From: an uncultured Aquificales bacterium
GTDB lineage: Bacteria > Thermosulfidibacterota > Thermosulfidibacteria > Thermosulfidibacterales > Thermosulfidibacteraceae
Assembly (NCBI GenBank): GCA_964453345.1
Contig: CAYVOC010000001.1
Span: 1-64,000 of the forward strand
Reading direction: 5' to 3'
DNA: 64,000 bases
Positions 9,523 to 19,760 of the stretch are shown in pieces; position 1 is the stretch's first letter; the number at the start of each line of letters is the position of its first letter. The notes under the pieces were generated by a model that searched no databases, was not told the origin of the DNA, and saw only the letters and a list, made by a program, of their open reading frames with translations. Made by a program: the position numbers and the translations under genes.

Positions 9523-10252
9523 GCTCGGGATAGTGGTGGATGCGTCCGGTAAGAGGCTTCTTTCTTCAAAGGTGGAGCTGTTTCTCCTCAGAAACGGGCT
9601 TACCGAATCGGAGCTTTTGTCCAAGTTGAAGGACAGAAGCTTTTTTGAGGAGTTCGTCTCGGTTATAACCGTGAACGAGACCTACTTTTTCAGGGAAAAG
9701 GAGCACATAGAGCTTCTGGTGAAGCTGGTCAAGTCCAAGGCGGGGAGGGTGAGGATCCTGAGCCTGCCCTGCTCCACGGGTGAGGAGCCGCTGAGCATAG
9801 TTATGGCTTTGCTTGAAGCCCTTGGAAGCTCTTCAAGGTTTGAGGTTGTTGGGGTGGATGTGGATAAAAAGGCCATTGAGATGGCGCAAAAGGGCATATA
9901 CTCCAGGAGGTCCGTCGCCAGGGTCCCGGCGAATCTTCTCAACAAGTATTTTGAGCCGTGCAACGGTGCCTATAAGATCAAGGAAAGCGTGAAGGCCCTG
10001 GTTCGTTACAGGGTGGGGAACGTTTTTGACCTTGCCTTTCTCAAGTCCCTTGGCGTTTTCGACTTTGTCTTCTGCAGGAATCTGCTCATATACTTTGACG
10101 CCAAAAAACGGGCGGAGGCCCTTAATAACATAGCCCAGATACACAGGGTGGGCGGCTATCTTTTTATATCGAAGACCGAGACCCTCATAGGCCTCACGGT
10201 TCCCTATAAGCGTGAGGTTATGGATGGGGTAATAGTATATCAAAGGGTGTAG
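9470..10252 (+). CDS. cheR: Protein-glutamate O-methyltransferase CheR
   Basis: [30 protein letters not shown]. Confidence 0.92.
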   Translation: MRVSQETLKTIANLIYDRLGIVVDASGKRLLSSKVELFLLRNGLTESELLSKLKDRSFFEEFVSVITVNETYFFREKEHIELLVKLVKSKAGRVRILSLPCSTGEEPLSIVMALLEALGSSSRFEVVGVDVDKKAIEMAQKGIYSRRSVARVPANLLNKYFEPCNGAYKIKESVKALVRYRVGNVFDLAFLKSLGVFDFVFCRNLLIYFDAKKRAEALNNIAQIHRVGGYLFISKTETLIGLTVPYKREVMDGVIVYQRV

Positions 10253-10254
10253 CC

Positions 10255-10584
10255 ATGATGGAGAGGAGAAGGTTCAAGAGGGTGAAGTTCACCGTAAAGG
10301 CTGAGGTGGTTGCCGAGGGTATGGCTTTGAAGGATCTTCGCACCAGGGATCTTAGCGTGAAGGGGGCCTTCATTGAGAGTGATAAAAAGCCTCCCTTGGG
10401 GTCCACCTGCAATCTGAAACTCCTTCTAATGGAAGCGGACAGGGTTGTGGAGGAGGTGAACCTGAAGGCGGAGGTTGTTAGAAAGGAAGAGGGGGGCTTT
10501 GCCGTTGAGTTCAAGGAGATTCCCCTGCAGGACTTTATAGTTCTCAAAAGGATCGTCAGCTTCAACGAAGGTTATTCGGAGTGA
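10255..10584 (+). CDS. Single-domain PilZ c-di-GMP receptor
   Basis: RxxxR (RRFKR) and DxSxxG (DLSVKG) motifs. Confidence 0.88.
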   Translation: MMERRRFKRVKFTVKAEVVAEGMALKDLRTRDLSVKGAFIESDKKPPLGSTCNLKLLLMEADRVVEEVNLKAEVVRKEEGGFAVEFKEIPLQDFIVLKRIVSFNEGYSE

Positions 10585-11912
10585 GGGAGCTGTTCTTTCT
10601 CTTTTTGATCCTTTTCTGGATCGGGCTGGGGGCTTATCCCCTTGCCGAGCCGGATGAGGCGAGAAACGGCGAGATAGCAAGGGAGATGGTTGTTGATGGC
10701 AACTGGTTCCCTCCCACCCTTAACGGAAGGGTTCGCTATCAGAAGCCTCCCCTCTACTACTGGGTCTCTGCGATCTTTTCCAAGTGGTTTTCTTCCTACG
10801 AGTTCGGGGTGAGGGTGGTTTCGGCTCTTTCTGCAACGCTTCTGGCCCTTCTTGTTTTGATCTGGGGCGAGAAGATGTGGGGCAACGGGTGGCCTTCTGC
10901 TCTGGCCCTTGTCTCCTTTCTTATGGTCTTCGCCTACGCCAGGATAGGGCGCATGGATATGCTGCTCAGCCTCTTTGTTGCGGCGGCTGTCTTTATGTTC
11001 TGGGAGGGGAGGGAGCTTCCCGGAGGGTTGTTCACCGCCCTTGCCTTTTTGACCAAGGGGCCTGTCGCCCTTGTGTTTGTGGCCTCAGCTGTGGTTCCCA
11101 TGTATCTTTCCGGGGCAAGGTTTTCTCCGAGGAGGGTGCTTGGGGCCTTTCTTCTCTTTCTGGTGATCACAGCTTCGGTTTTTCTGCTGATGGAGGTGCG
11201 CAGTCCCGGCTACTGCAGGGCCTTTTTCTGGAAGGAGAATGTGTTGAGATACCTCACCCCCGTTTTTAAAAGAGAGGAGCCCTTTTACTATTTCATTCTC
11301 GTGCTGCTGGTAGGGCTTCTGCCCTGGACCCCGTGGCTTATTTTCGGCTTCAGAAGGCGCCTTGAGGCCGCCATGGGGATCAGATCAGACGCCTTTATGC
11401 TTCTGGGATGGATGCTGATACCGGTGCTCTTTTTCTCCCTTTCGAAGTCCAAGCTTCCCCACTACATTCTGCCCAGCTTCCCGGCATGGGCGCTCTTTGC
11501 CGGATCCACCGTGAGCACGCCTCCTATGAAAATACTGCGGGGAGCTGCCCTTATCTATCTTGTTGCGGTTTTTGTCTTTTTCCCCTGGTATGCATCGAGG
11601 CGCTCCCTCAAGGAGCTGGCCTTTTCTGTGAGATCCTCGTATCCCTTTGTGCCGATCTATACCCTTGAGGAGAAATTATACGGGGTTTCCCTCTACGGGG
11701 GAGCCATAGCTTCCAAAGTTGACTCCGGGGTTCTGAAGGGCGTTTCCCTTAGGGGCAGGTTTTGGGTGGTCGGTAAGCTTAAAAAGCTCAAGGGGTTGTC
11801 CCTTGAAGGGTGCGTTGGAAGGCTCTTTGTGAAAAGGGGAAAATACGCAGCGGTTCTTTTTGAGTGCTCACCTTTTGAGAAGGCTGAGGGTGAAGACAAA
11901 TCCCCCCACTAA
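10581..11912 (+). CDS. ArnT/GT39-like (GT-C) lipid-carrier glycosyltransferase
   Basis: [29 protein letters not shown]; multiple TM helices. Confidence 0.85.
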   Translation: MRELFFLFLILFWIGLGAYPLAEPDEARNGEIAREMVVDGNWFPPTLNGRVRYQKPPLYYWVSAIFSKWFSSYEFGVRVVSALSATLLALLVLIWGEKMWGNGWPSALALVSFLMVFAYARIGRMDMLLSLFVAAAVFMFWEGRELPGGLFTALAFLTKGPVALVFVASAVVPMYLSGARFSPRRVLGAFLLFLVITASVFLLMEVRSPGYCRAFFWKENVLRYLTPVFKREEPFYYFILVLLVGLLPWTPWLIFGFRRRLEAAMGIRSDAFMLLGWMLIPVLFFSLSKSKLPHYILPSFPAWALFAGSTVSTPPMKILRGAALIYLVAVFVFFPWYASRRSLKELAFSVRSSYPFVPIYTLEEKLYGVSLYGGAIASKVDSGVLKGVSLRGRFWVVGKLKKLKGLSLEGCVGRLFVKRGKYAAVLFECSPFEKAEGEDKSPH

Positions 11913-12653
11913 GGCGGTTGTGGCTCCCGGTGGAAGGTCCGTGGCGTAGGATATAAGCATCCCCGCCAGAACCACAAGGATGCCCGTTGCCACAGATATA
12001 GCCATGATCCCTCCTATCCTGCTTGAGAAGGCGAAGCCCACCGATGCGGGTATGACCGTCAGGCAGGATACGAGCACCACCCCTAAAAGCTTTATGGATA
12101 TGACAACGCTTGTGGTGAACAGCAGCACGAGTCCGTAGTATAAGGGGACCACCGGAACACCGCAGGTGTGGGCCAGCTCCTCATCTATTATGCTGAGAAA
12201 GAGGCCCCTTTTGAAGGCGAGGAGAAATGCGAAGGAGACGGCGGCAACCCCCATGGATAGCCACACATCCCTCCAGCCCACGGCAAGCATGTTGCCGAAA
12301 AGGTAACTGAAGACATCGCTCATGTAGGTTTTGCTGATGGAGAACAGAACCACTCCCAAGGCCATGAAGGTGGAAAAGATCACGCCCGTTGATGCGTCCT
12401 CGGATAGATTACCCCTTCTGTGGGAGAAGGCTATGAGAAGGCCCGCTATCGCTGCGAAAAGGCCTGCGGATATCTCAGGGGATACGCCCATCATGTAGCC
12501 GAGGGCCACCCCTCCAAAGGCGGCATGGGAGACCCCCACGCTCAGAAAGGCCCATCTTTTCACCACCACAAAGATGGAGTAGATGGAGAGAACAAGGGCG
12601 AGTATCAGGGCGCATATGAAGGGGGGTATCAGGATCTCCGGTATATATGGCAT
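11868..12653 (-). CDS. znuB: Zn/Mn ABC transporter permease (ZnuB-like)
   Basis: [26 protein letters not shown] motifs; hydrophobic. Confidence 0.8.
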   Translation of the reverse strand: MPYIPEILIPPFICALILALVLSIYSIFVVVKRWAFLSVGVSHAAFGGVALGYMMGVSPEISAGLFAAIAGLLIAFSHRRGNLSEDASTGVIFSTFMALGVVLFSISKTYMSDVFSYLFGNMLAVGWRDVWLSMGVAAVSFAFLLAFKRGLFLSIIDEELAHTCGVPVVPLYYGLVLLFTTSVVISIKLLGVVLVSCLTVIPASVGFAFSSRIGGIMAISVATGILVVLAGMLISYATDLPPGATTALVGGFVFTLSLLKR

Positions 12654-13360
12654 CCTGCACACCCCGGATGGTGTATGAAAACATCGACTTCTCTGCCGTA
12701 GATCTCCTCCAGCAGGTTGCAGTCGAGGGCGGCTGTGGGGTCCCCGGAAAATTTGAGCCTGCGGTTGAGGCAGGCTATTTTGTCAACGAACCTGCTTATC
12801 ACTCCCACATCGTGGGATACCATAAGTATGGTTATGCCCTTTTTCTTCAGGCTCTTGAGCAGGTTGTAGAAGGTGTCCTGTGCCACCACATCTATGGCGG
12901 TGTTGGGTTCATCAAGCAGAAGGAGCTTTGGGTCCCTTGAGAGGACCGCCGCTATCAACACCCTTTGCCTTTCCCCCCCGGACAGCTTGCCGAAGGGAAC
13001 GGTGGCCTTGTGTTCGAGCCCCACGAGCTTAAGCATCTCTTTTGCCCTTTCCGGTTTGCCCACAAGCTCTATGATGTCGAGGGGAGTGAAGGGAACCCTT
13101 CCCCTAAGGTGCTGGGGGAGGTAGCCCACCAGCCCCCTCTTCACCGCCCTTGCAGGTTCCATTCCGAACACCTCAACCTTGCCCTTAGAGGGCTTCACCA
13201 CCCCTATTATGCACCTCAGTAGAGTCGTCTTCCCCCCGCCGTTGGGACCTATTATGCCCCAGAACTCCCCTGGGTTTACGGTTAAGGAGACATCCTCGAG
13301 TATGGTGGTGGATGAGATCTGCACGGTGAGGTTCTCTATTCTGACAGCGGGAACATTCAT
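12629..13360 (-). CDS. znuC: Zn/Mn ABC transporter ATPase (ZnuC-like)
   Basis: [26 protein letters not shown]-terminal HHPGCAGCH. Confidence 0.82.
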   Translation of the reverse strand: MNVPAVRIENLTVQISSTTILEDVSLTVNPGEFWGIIGPNGGGKTTLLRCIIGVVKPSKGKVEVFGMEPARAVKRGLVGYLPQHLRGRVPFTPLDIIELVGKPERAKEMLKLVGLEHKATVPFGKLSGGERQRVLIAAVLSRDPKLLLLDEPNTAIDVVAQDTFYNLLKSLKKKGITILMVSHDVGVISRFVDKIACLNRRLKFSGDPTAALDCNLLEEIYGREVDVFIHHPGCAGCHIYRRS

Positions 13361-13428
13361 GCCCCTTTGTTTACAACGGCGGCGGCTTGTTTTAAAGATG
13401 TTGTGGATAAAAAGAGTGGGGTAGGCGG

Positions 13429-14394
13429 ATGGTTGTCAAGGAGGCGGCATCTTACATAGCGGAGGATCTTGAAAGAACGGAGGCCATCTTAAGGGAGAAC
13501 CTGCACTCCTCCATCAAAATCATACCTGAGCTTTCCAACTACATACTTGAGGCCGGCGGTAAAAGGTTCAGGCCCATGCTCACCATTCTCAGCGCCAGGG
13601 CCTGCGGCTACAGGGGGGAGGCCTCTGCGGTTGCGGGCGCCGTGGTGGAGTATATACACACCGCAACCCTCTTGCACGACGATGTTGTGGACGAGGCGGA
13701 TACCAGAAGGGGAAGAAGGGCTGCGAGGAACATCTGGGGGAACCAGGCTTCCATCCTTGTGGGGGACTTTCTCTTCGCCAGGTCCTTCTGGCTTATGACG
13801 GCTCACCTTCCGCCGGAGGCCCTTTCCGTGATGTCGGAGGCCTGCGTTAACCTGGCAGAGGGCGAAATCCTGCAGCTTATGAAGAGCTTTGATATAGAGA
13901 CCACCGAGGAGGACTATTACAGAATAATCTTCGGTAAGACCGCCGCTCTGATCTCGGCCGCCTGTGAAGTGGGTGCGATTCTGGGGGGTGGCGACAGAAG
14001 CGTCTTCAGGGAATACGGGATACAGGTGGGCTACGCCTTCCAGATCTCGGATGATATCCTCGACATAGTTGGTGATCCTGAGGTGACCGGTAAACCCGTT
14101 GGCAACGATTTCCGGGAGGGGAAGCTGACCTTGCCCCTGCTCATAGCCCTTTCCCGTGCCACCCCGCAGGAGAGGAGGATGATCAGGGATCTGCTCCTTA
14201 AGGATGAGCTTCTGGAAGAGGATTTCGGGAGGGTCAAGGAGGTTATATTTAAATATGACGGGATTGAAGGGGCCAAGGAGAGGGTGAAGAAGCACGGAGA
14301 GCTGGCGGTTAAGGCCCTTGAGGGTGTTTCGGATTGCAGGGAGAAGGAGTATCTTATTGGTATAGCGAGATACCTGTCTGAGAGGGAATACTGA
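13429..14394 (+). CDS. ispB: Long-chain polyprenyl diphosphate synthase
   Basis: [40 protein letters not shown]. Confidence 0.88.
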   Translation: MVVKEAASYIAEDLERTEAILRENLHSSIKIIPELSNYILEAGGKRFRPMLTILSARACGYRGEASAVAGAVVEYIHTATLLHDDVVDEADTRRGRRAARNIWGNQASILVGDFLFARSFWLMTAHLPPEALSVMSEACVNLAEGEILQLMKSFDIETTEEDYYRIIFGKTAALISAACEVGAILGGGDRSVFREYGIQVGYAFQISDDILDIVGDPEVTGKPVGNDFREGKLTLPLLIALSRATPQERRMIRDLLLKDELLEEDFGRVKEVIFKYDGIEGAKERVKKHGELAVKALEGVSDCREKEYLIGIARYLSEREY

Positions 14395-14912
14395 TGGGTG
14401 AGCATCCCTTGGTGAAGCTGGCGAGAAGAGCCATTGAGGAGTATGTGAGATACGGGAGGGTTATACCACCTCCGCCCCCCGAGGAGATGACCCCGGAGAT
14501 GAAACAGCAGGCGGGGACCTTCGTCTCCATAAAGAAGCACGGGCAGCTGAGGGGGTGCATAGGGACCTTTTTGCCTCTCTGCAACAATGTGGCTGAGGAG
14601 GTGATAAGGAACGCCATAGCCGCCGCCACCGAGGATCCCAGATTCCCGCCCGTAACCGAGGATGAGCTGGACGAGCTTGAGATATCGGTTGATGTGCTCT
14701 CGCCCCCTGAGCCGGTTGATGATATTTCCCAGCTGGATCCCAAAAAATACGGGGTGATAGTGGAGTCGGGGTGGCGCAGGGGTCTTCTGCTCCCGGATCT
14801 TGAGGGGGTGGATACCGTTGAGCAGCAGCTCGCCATAGCCATGGCGAAGGCGGGCATATCCCCGGGTGAGCCCATAAAGGTATACAGGTTTACTGTTCAG
14901 AGGTATAGGTGA
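14394..14912 (+). CDS. amrA: AmmeMemoRadiSam system protein A (AMMECR1 family)
   Basis: [23 protein letters not shown]. Confidence 0.9.
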   Translation: MGEHPLVKLARRAIEEYVRYGRVIPPPPPEEMTPEMKQQAGTFVSIKKHGQLRGCIGTFLPLCNNVAEEVIRNAIAAATEDPRFPPVTEDELDELEISVDVLSPPEPVDDISQLDPKKYGVIVESGWRRGLLLPDLEGVDTVEQQLAIAMAKAGISPGEPIKVYRFTVQRYR

Positions 14913-15910
14913 TGAAGCCGGAAGGCAAATGGTGGGAGCCTCTGGAGGATGGCAAGGTAAGGTGTCTGCTCTGTCCCAGAAGGTGCGTAATAGCTCCCGG
15001 TAAGAGGGGAGTGTGCAGGGTCAGGGGGAATGTGGATGGAAAACTGATATGCCTTGGCTACGGCGAGGTTGTGAGCCTTGCCAACGATCCCATGGAGAAG
15101 AAGCCCCTCTACCACTTTTACCCCGGAAGCTACATTATCTCTGTCGCCTGCAACGGCTGCAACTTAAAGTGCGCCCACTGCCAGAACTATCAGATATCCC
15201 AGATGGAGTGCCCCACCAGATACCTCTCTCCCGAGGAGCTGGTGGAGGTTGCCGAAAGGTATGATTCCATTGGGGTATGCTTTACCTACACGGAGCCTTT
15301 AGTCTGGTTTGAGTATGTGATGGATGTGGCGAAGCTTGCAAGGCCCAAGGGGCTTTCGATTGTTCTTGTCACAAACGGACAGATAAATCCAGAACCTTTG
15401 GCCGAGCTTCTTCCCCATGTGGACGCCATGAACGTGGATCTGAAGTCCATAGATGATGATTTTTACAGGGATGTGTGTGGCGGAGGCTCTTTGGAGGCGA
15501 CCCTCAACTGCATAAGGGAGGCTTATTCTGCCGGCGTCCACGTTGAGGTGACCAATCTGATTATCCCCGGTTTGAACGATGATCCCGGCCAGATAGAGAG
15601 GCTGGTTGAGTTTCTTGTGGGCGTTTCTCCGGATATTCCCCTGCACTTCACCCGATTCTTCCCCCACTACAGGATGGTTGACAGACCCCCCACCCCCCTT
15701 TCTACCCTGCTCAGGGCCAGGGCCATAGCCGAGTCCATGGGGGTTAAATATGTCTATGTGGGAAACGTGGGGGATGAGAGGCTGAACAGCACCTATTGCC
15801 CTAAGTGCAAGAGGCTCCTTGTGAGAAGATCGGGCTTTTTTGAGGTTGTCAGCTATCTTGAGGGCAACAGGTGCCCCTCCTGCGGGGAGGTGATATACGG
15901 CAGGTTCTGA
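14909..15910 (+). CDS. amrS: AmmeMemoRadiSam system radical SAM enzyme
   Basis: CLLCPRRC...[23 protein letters not shown]-terminal CPKC/CPSC. Confidence 0.9.
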   Translation: MMKPEGKWWEPLEDGKVRCLLCPRRCVIAPGKRGVCRVRGNVDGKLICLGYGEVVSLANDPMEKKPLYHFYPGSYIISVACNGCNLKCAHCQNYQISQMECPTRYLSPEELVEVAERYDSIGVCFTYTEPLVWFEYVMDVAKLARPKGLSIVLVTNGQINPEPLAELLPHVDAMNVDLKSIDDDFYRDVCGGGSLEATLNCIREAYSAGVHVEVTNLIIPGLNDDPGQIERLVEFLVGVSPDIPLHFTRFFPHYRMVDRPPTPLSTLLRARAIAESMGVKYVYVGNVGDERLNSTYCPKCKRLLVRRSGFFEVVSYLEGNRCPSCGEVIYGRF

Positions 15911-16872
15911 TGGAGGAGTTTTCCTTCACCGTATCCCACGGGGAATCCGGGATCAGGCTTGACAGGTTCCTTGAGGGCAGGCTCCCCCTTACGAGAAGCC
16001 AGATAAAGAGGCTTGTGGATGCAGGTTGCGTGCTGGCTGACGGGAGGGTCGTTCCCAAGGCGGGGTTCAAGATCGCCGCAGGCCAGAAAATACTGGTTCG
16101 CATTCCGGATCCCGAACCCTCTGAGCTTGTCCCCTGGGATGCGGATCTTACCGTATACTACGAGGATGAGCATCTCGCCGTGGTGGAGAAGCCTGCGGGT
16201 GTCCCCGTGCATCCGGCGGCGGGACACCTTCAGGATACCCTTTGCAACATGCTCATAGCTAAGTTCCCCACCCTGTCCACCCTCGGAGGGGAGGAGAGAC
16301 CCGGCATAGTTCACAGGCTGGATAAGGACACATCGGGGATTCTGGTGGTTGCCAAGGATGAGCGGACCCACAGGCTTCTCTCGGATATGCTTCAGTCGCG
16401 CAGTATAATCAAGATATACTTCGCCGTCTGCCACGGTGTTCCGCGGTTTAAGGAGGGGTTGATAGACGCCCCCATAGGCAGGCATCCGGTTGACAGAAAG
16501 AGAATGGCGGTGGTTGAGGGGGGAAGGGAGGCCCTTACCAGATACCTTGTGCTTGACAGCGTTGAGAATGCCTCTCTTCTTGCCGTGAGGATCTTTACCG
16601 GGAGAACCCATCAGATAAGGGTCCATCTGCACCACATGGGCAACCCCGTTCTGGGAGATCCCCTATACGGCAAGAAGGGGAGGGATCTTATAGGAAGGCA
16701 GGCCCTCCATGCCGCATACCTTGAGTTTGACCATCCCGTAACCGGTGAGAGGATCTCCGTCTTCTCCCCTCCGCCGGAGGATATGCGCGGACTGCTGGTG
16801 AGGCTCGGGCTTCGCATCCCTAAAGGGTCTGATATAGAACCATTGAGGGAAAGTCGTCGTATATCAGCCTGA
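15910..16872 (+). CDS. rluD: RluA/RluD family pseudouridine synthase
   Basis: S4 domain (RLDRFL), HRLDKDTSG, TGRTHQIRVH, GDPLY, QALHA. Confidence 0.88.
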   Translation: MEEFSFTVSHGESGIRLDRFLEGRLPLTRSQIKRLVDAGCVLADGRVVPKAGFKIAAGQKILVRIPDPEPSELVPWDADLTVYYEDEHLAVVEKPAGVPVHPAAGHLQDTLCNMLIAKFPTLSTLGGEERPGIVHRLDKDTSGILVVAKDERTHRLLSDMLQSRSIIKIYFAVCHGVPRFKEGLIDAPIGRHPVDRKRMAVVEGGREALTRYLVLDSVENASLLAVRIFTGRTHQIRVHLHHMGNPVLGDPLYGKKGRDLIGRQALHAAYLEFDHPVTGERISVFSPPPEDMRGLLVRLGLRIPKGSDIEPLRESRRISA

Positions 16873-18829
16873 AGTATTTGGGAGAGTAGTTTTTGAGTAT
16901 ATACATCTGGACAAAGGAGGATCTGAAGGGCTGCTCGTAGGTCACATACATGTAGAGCGTGTTTCTCTTCTTTCTTGCCGCAATGAAGAGGCCCTTGGGA
17001 TGATAGTTGTGCCTGATAAGTCTTTTGGAGTCATCGTCCCTTATGGCGATCTCCCTTATGGGGATCCCCTGACCGTTCTGATTTACCAGTATTCCGGTGT
17101 TGAGGTTAAGGATGCCCACATTGCAGACGAGGATGTTCTTTTTCTTCATCCTGCAGCTCAGGGGCAGGATGGGGAGCTTTGCACCCTTCTTCTCTTTAAA
17201 GTTCCAGGTTCCGAAGTAGTTGATCCAGGCAAATTTCCCCACGAGATCCTCGGTGAAGGCCCAGTAAACCGGATGCTTCAGGGGAGCGGAAAAGTTCCCC
17301 GAAAAGACCATATCCCTTATCCTTTCACCCGGTATGCCCTCCTTTATCCACTCCTCTATCCTTGTGAGTCCTATGTTGGCTATGGCCTTTATGACGGTAT
17401 TGGCCAGTTTCTGATCGGGGGTGGAGAAGGTGGTTGCCACAAAGTAGGTCTTGGGGGTTGTCTGGCTTCCCCCATCGTGGAAGGTTGCCCTTCTTCCAAG
17501 ATACTGGATGGCGTAGCCGTAGTCCCACCAGGTCCATATCCAGGCGTCTTCAGGGGTCAGCTCCCTCAGCTTGATGAAGTTTTTTGCCAGCCTCGGCGTT
17601 ATCCTGGGGTAGGCCACCATGCTGAAGGTGGCCCTGTTTGCCGCAACGATAATGGCCCCTGCCGCAAGGAAGGCCACAAGCCTCGGCAGGTTCAGTTCCC
17701 TTTCCTTTCTGGATTCAAAATAGAGTATGCTTCTGTCAACCAAGTATCCGAAGCCCGCACCGATGAAGGGTGCAAGATACATGGCGAATCTGTTGGCCCC
17801 TTTAAGGGTCATGAGGCCTATCAGAAAGACCGGCAGGGTTAAAAATACTTTTTTGAAGCTTCGGTAGTAGAGAGCGGCGGTTCCGGCGAGTCCTATGGCA
17901 AAGAGGTAGTAGCTGCCGATGCTCACCTCGGCCACCGTCTTTATGTTGAAGTGCCTCAGCTCGCTTATGGACTTCTGAACATTGGGAAAACCGCTTTCAA
18001 CGGCGGGCTTGAAAAAGTTTATGATGTAGCTGTGGATCATTCCGAAAAGGCCAAAGATTCCCGAAAATACTATGTAGGGATTGAAGATGACGAGTGCCCA
18101 GAGGAGCTCTTTGTAATCGATGCTTCTTTTGTGAATGAATTTTTCCGTGAGGAACCTGTATCCGGCAAACAGAATCAAAAATACAAGAATTATTCCGGAC
18201 TTGCGATACCACCAGTAGTATAGCTGTCCCGTTATTCCGGCGGCGGCTATGAGCAGGTATCTTTTCTTCTTTTCCTCTTCATCAAGGGCCATGTGCAGAA
18301 AGAGGGCCATGGCTATGGGGAAAAAGAGGTTCAGGGAGTCCGTGTCGAACCTCAAAACCGAGGTTCTTATGGCGTATATGTAGCTCAAAACGCCGGCCAG
18401 CGCCCCGCACAGACCCGCTGTGGGATAGCCGATTCTTGCAAGAAGGAGAACCAGCGGAATCGCAAGGAGGACCGAAAGGAGAGGGGTGAAATACTGATCC
18501 ACGTTCTCTATGTGGGTCTTAAAGAGCTTCGCCAGAAGGCCTGCTGTGAAGCTGGACATGGGAACGGGGGTCGGGTAGGTGACGTTCTCGGTCAGAAAGT
18601 TATCCGGGACAAACCTGAAGGGATCCCTTTTTCCAGAGCGGTATCTTCCCTCGAAGAAATCTCTTCCGTATCTTGCGAACAGAAAGGCGTCGTAGCTTGT
18701 GAAGAGGGGCCTTCCCTCAAGGTAGAAACGCTCAGGCGTTTTTTTCCACACTTTAAGGGTGTGCATCCTGGCGTATATGCCTAAGGCCATGGGAACGATG
18801 ACGGCTATGGCTACAAGAAGTCTCTTCAT
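16820..18829 (-). CDS. pglB: STT3/PglB-family oligosaccharyltransferase
   Basis: WWDYG, FDTD (DxD), SISE (TIxE-like), SYDA, RF, HDGGS; many TM helices plus a periplasmic C-domain. Confidence 0.9.
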   Translation of the reverse strand: MKRLLVAIAVIVPMALGIYARMHTLKVWKKTPERFYLEGRPLFTSYDAFLFARYGRDFFEGRYRSGKRDPFRFVPDNFLTENVTYPTPVPMSSFTAGLLAKLFKTHIENVDQYFTPLLSVLLAIPLVLLLARIGYPTAGLCGALAGVLSYIYAIRTSVLRFDTDSLNLFFPIAMALFLHMALDEEEKKKRYLLIAAAGITGQLYYWWYRKSGIILVFLILFAGYRFLTEKFIHKRSIDYKELLWALVIFNPYIVFSGIFGLFGMIHSYIINFFKPAVESGFPNVQKSISELRHFNIKTVAEVSIGSYYLFAIGLAGTAALYYRSFKKVFLTLPVFLIGLMTLKGANRFAMYLAPFIGAGFGYLVDRSILYFESRKERELNLPRLVAFLAAGAIIVAANRATFSMVAYPRITPRLAKNFIKLRELTPEDAWIWTWWDYGYAIQYLGRRATFHDGGSQTTPKTYFVATTFSTPDQKLANTVIKAIANIGLTRIEEWIKEGIPGERIRDMVFSGNFSAPLKHPVYWAFTEDLVGKFAWINYFGTWNFKEKKGAKLPILPLSCRMKKKNILVCNVGILNLNTGILVNQNGQGIPIREIAIRDDDSKRLIRHNYHPKGLFIAARKKRNTLYMYVTYEQPFRSSFVQMYILKNYSPKYFRLIYDDFPSMVLYQTL

Positions 18830-19668
18830 ACCACCTTTGCCTCCACGAAGGGTGTATCTTCCGGATGATCCCCGTCTGTTTCGGTTACAGCGTATAGGGT
18901 GGGGCCGCTTCCCGAAAGCAAAACAAAGGGATAACGCTTGATAAGCTTCCTTTTTAGCTCTTCGAGATCGGGCCTTATCCTGAAGACCGGGATCTCCAGG
19001 TGGTTGAAAAAGCGTTTTTTGAATCTTTCCAGATCGCAGCTCTTTGCCACCTCAACAATTGCATCCTCCTCCAGAGGGGGATGCTTTGATGCGGCTTCTT
19101 CTGATAGTTTGTCGAACAGCTCAAAAACATCCTTGGTGGAGAGTCCCTCTTCTGATGTAAAAAGATGAAATTTAAAGGCGGAGAGATCCGCCTCCACGGG
19201 CCTGAGCCTTTCCCCTATGCCCGAGGCCAAGGCCACGCTGTAGTCTGAGAGCAGGAAGGGGACGTCGGCCCCGATTTCAGCCGATTCCTCAACCATCTTT
19301 GGGTCCCTTTCCCCGAAGAACCTGACCATGGCCCTTATAACCGCCGCCGCATCGGCGCTTCCACCTCCCAGTCCCCCTGCGGGTGGAATCCTCTTTTCGA
19401 TCAGTATCTTCACCCCCCATCCCCTTATCCCGTATCTTTTGAGATACCACCTTGCGGCCTTGTGGGCGATGTTCTTGGCTCCCTGGGGAACCCTGTAGGG
19501 CCCGCTTATGCTCAGCTCCACGGCCGGTTCCCTTATGGCCTCAACCATGACAAGGTCGTGGAGGGAGATTCTGACAAACAGCGTGTTGAGGAGATGATAA
19601 TCGTCCTCCCTTTTGCCGACGACCTGAAGGTGCAGGTTCAGCTTTGCGTAGGCCTTCTCTTTGATCAT
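18826..19668 (-). CDS. ispE: 4-diphosphocytidyl-2C-methyl-D-erythritol kinase
   Basis: AKLNLHL, YH, KRIPPAGGLGGGSADAAA, GADVPF, LSGSGPT. Confidence 0.93.
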   Translation of the reverse strand: MIKEKAYAKLNLHLQVVGKREDDYHLLNTLFVRISLHDLVMVEAIREPAVELSISGPYRVPQGAKNIAHKAARWYLKRYGIRGWGVKILIEKRIPPAGGLGGGSADAAAVIRAMVRFFGERDPKMVEESAEIGADVPFLLSDYSVALASGIGERLRPVEADLSAFKFHLFTSEEGLSTKDVFELFDKLSEEAASKHPPLEEDAIVEVAKSCDLERFKKRFFNHLEIPVFRIRPDLEELKRKLIKRYPFVLLSGSGPTLYAVTETDGDHPEDTPFVEAKVV

Positions 19669-19760
19669 GTAAGGGTTTTTATCAGAGGGATGGACTTGCG
19701 GTCAACTCTGTGAGGCTTCATTGATTTGGATGTGGTCTTAGTATAGGTTCTCAATCGGGG

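Noticed and set aside
11868-13360. Metal ABC transporter lacking a binding protein as a novel system
   Set aside because: znuA is often encoded separately; other pathways here (his, pur, lpx) are also split
13402-13410. Perfect DnaA box (TGTGGATAA) in the znuC/ispB intergenic region
   Set aside because: Single copy with no box cluster or AT-rich unwinding element; the same 9-mer occurs inside cheR (9859-9867), so it is not evidence of oriC
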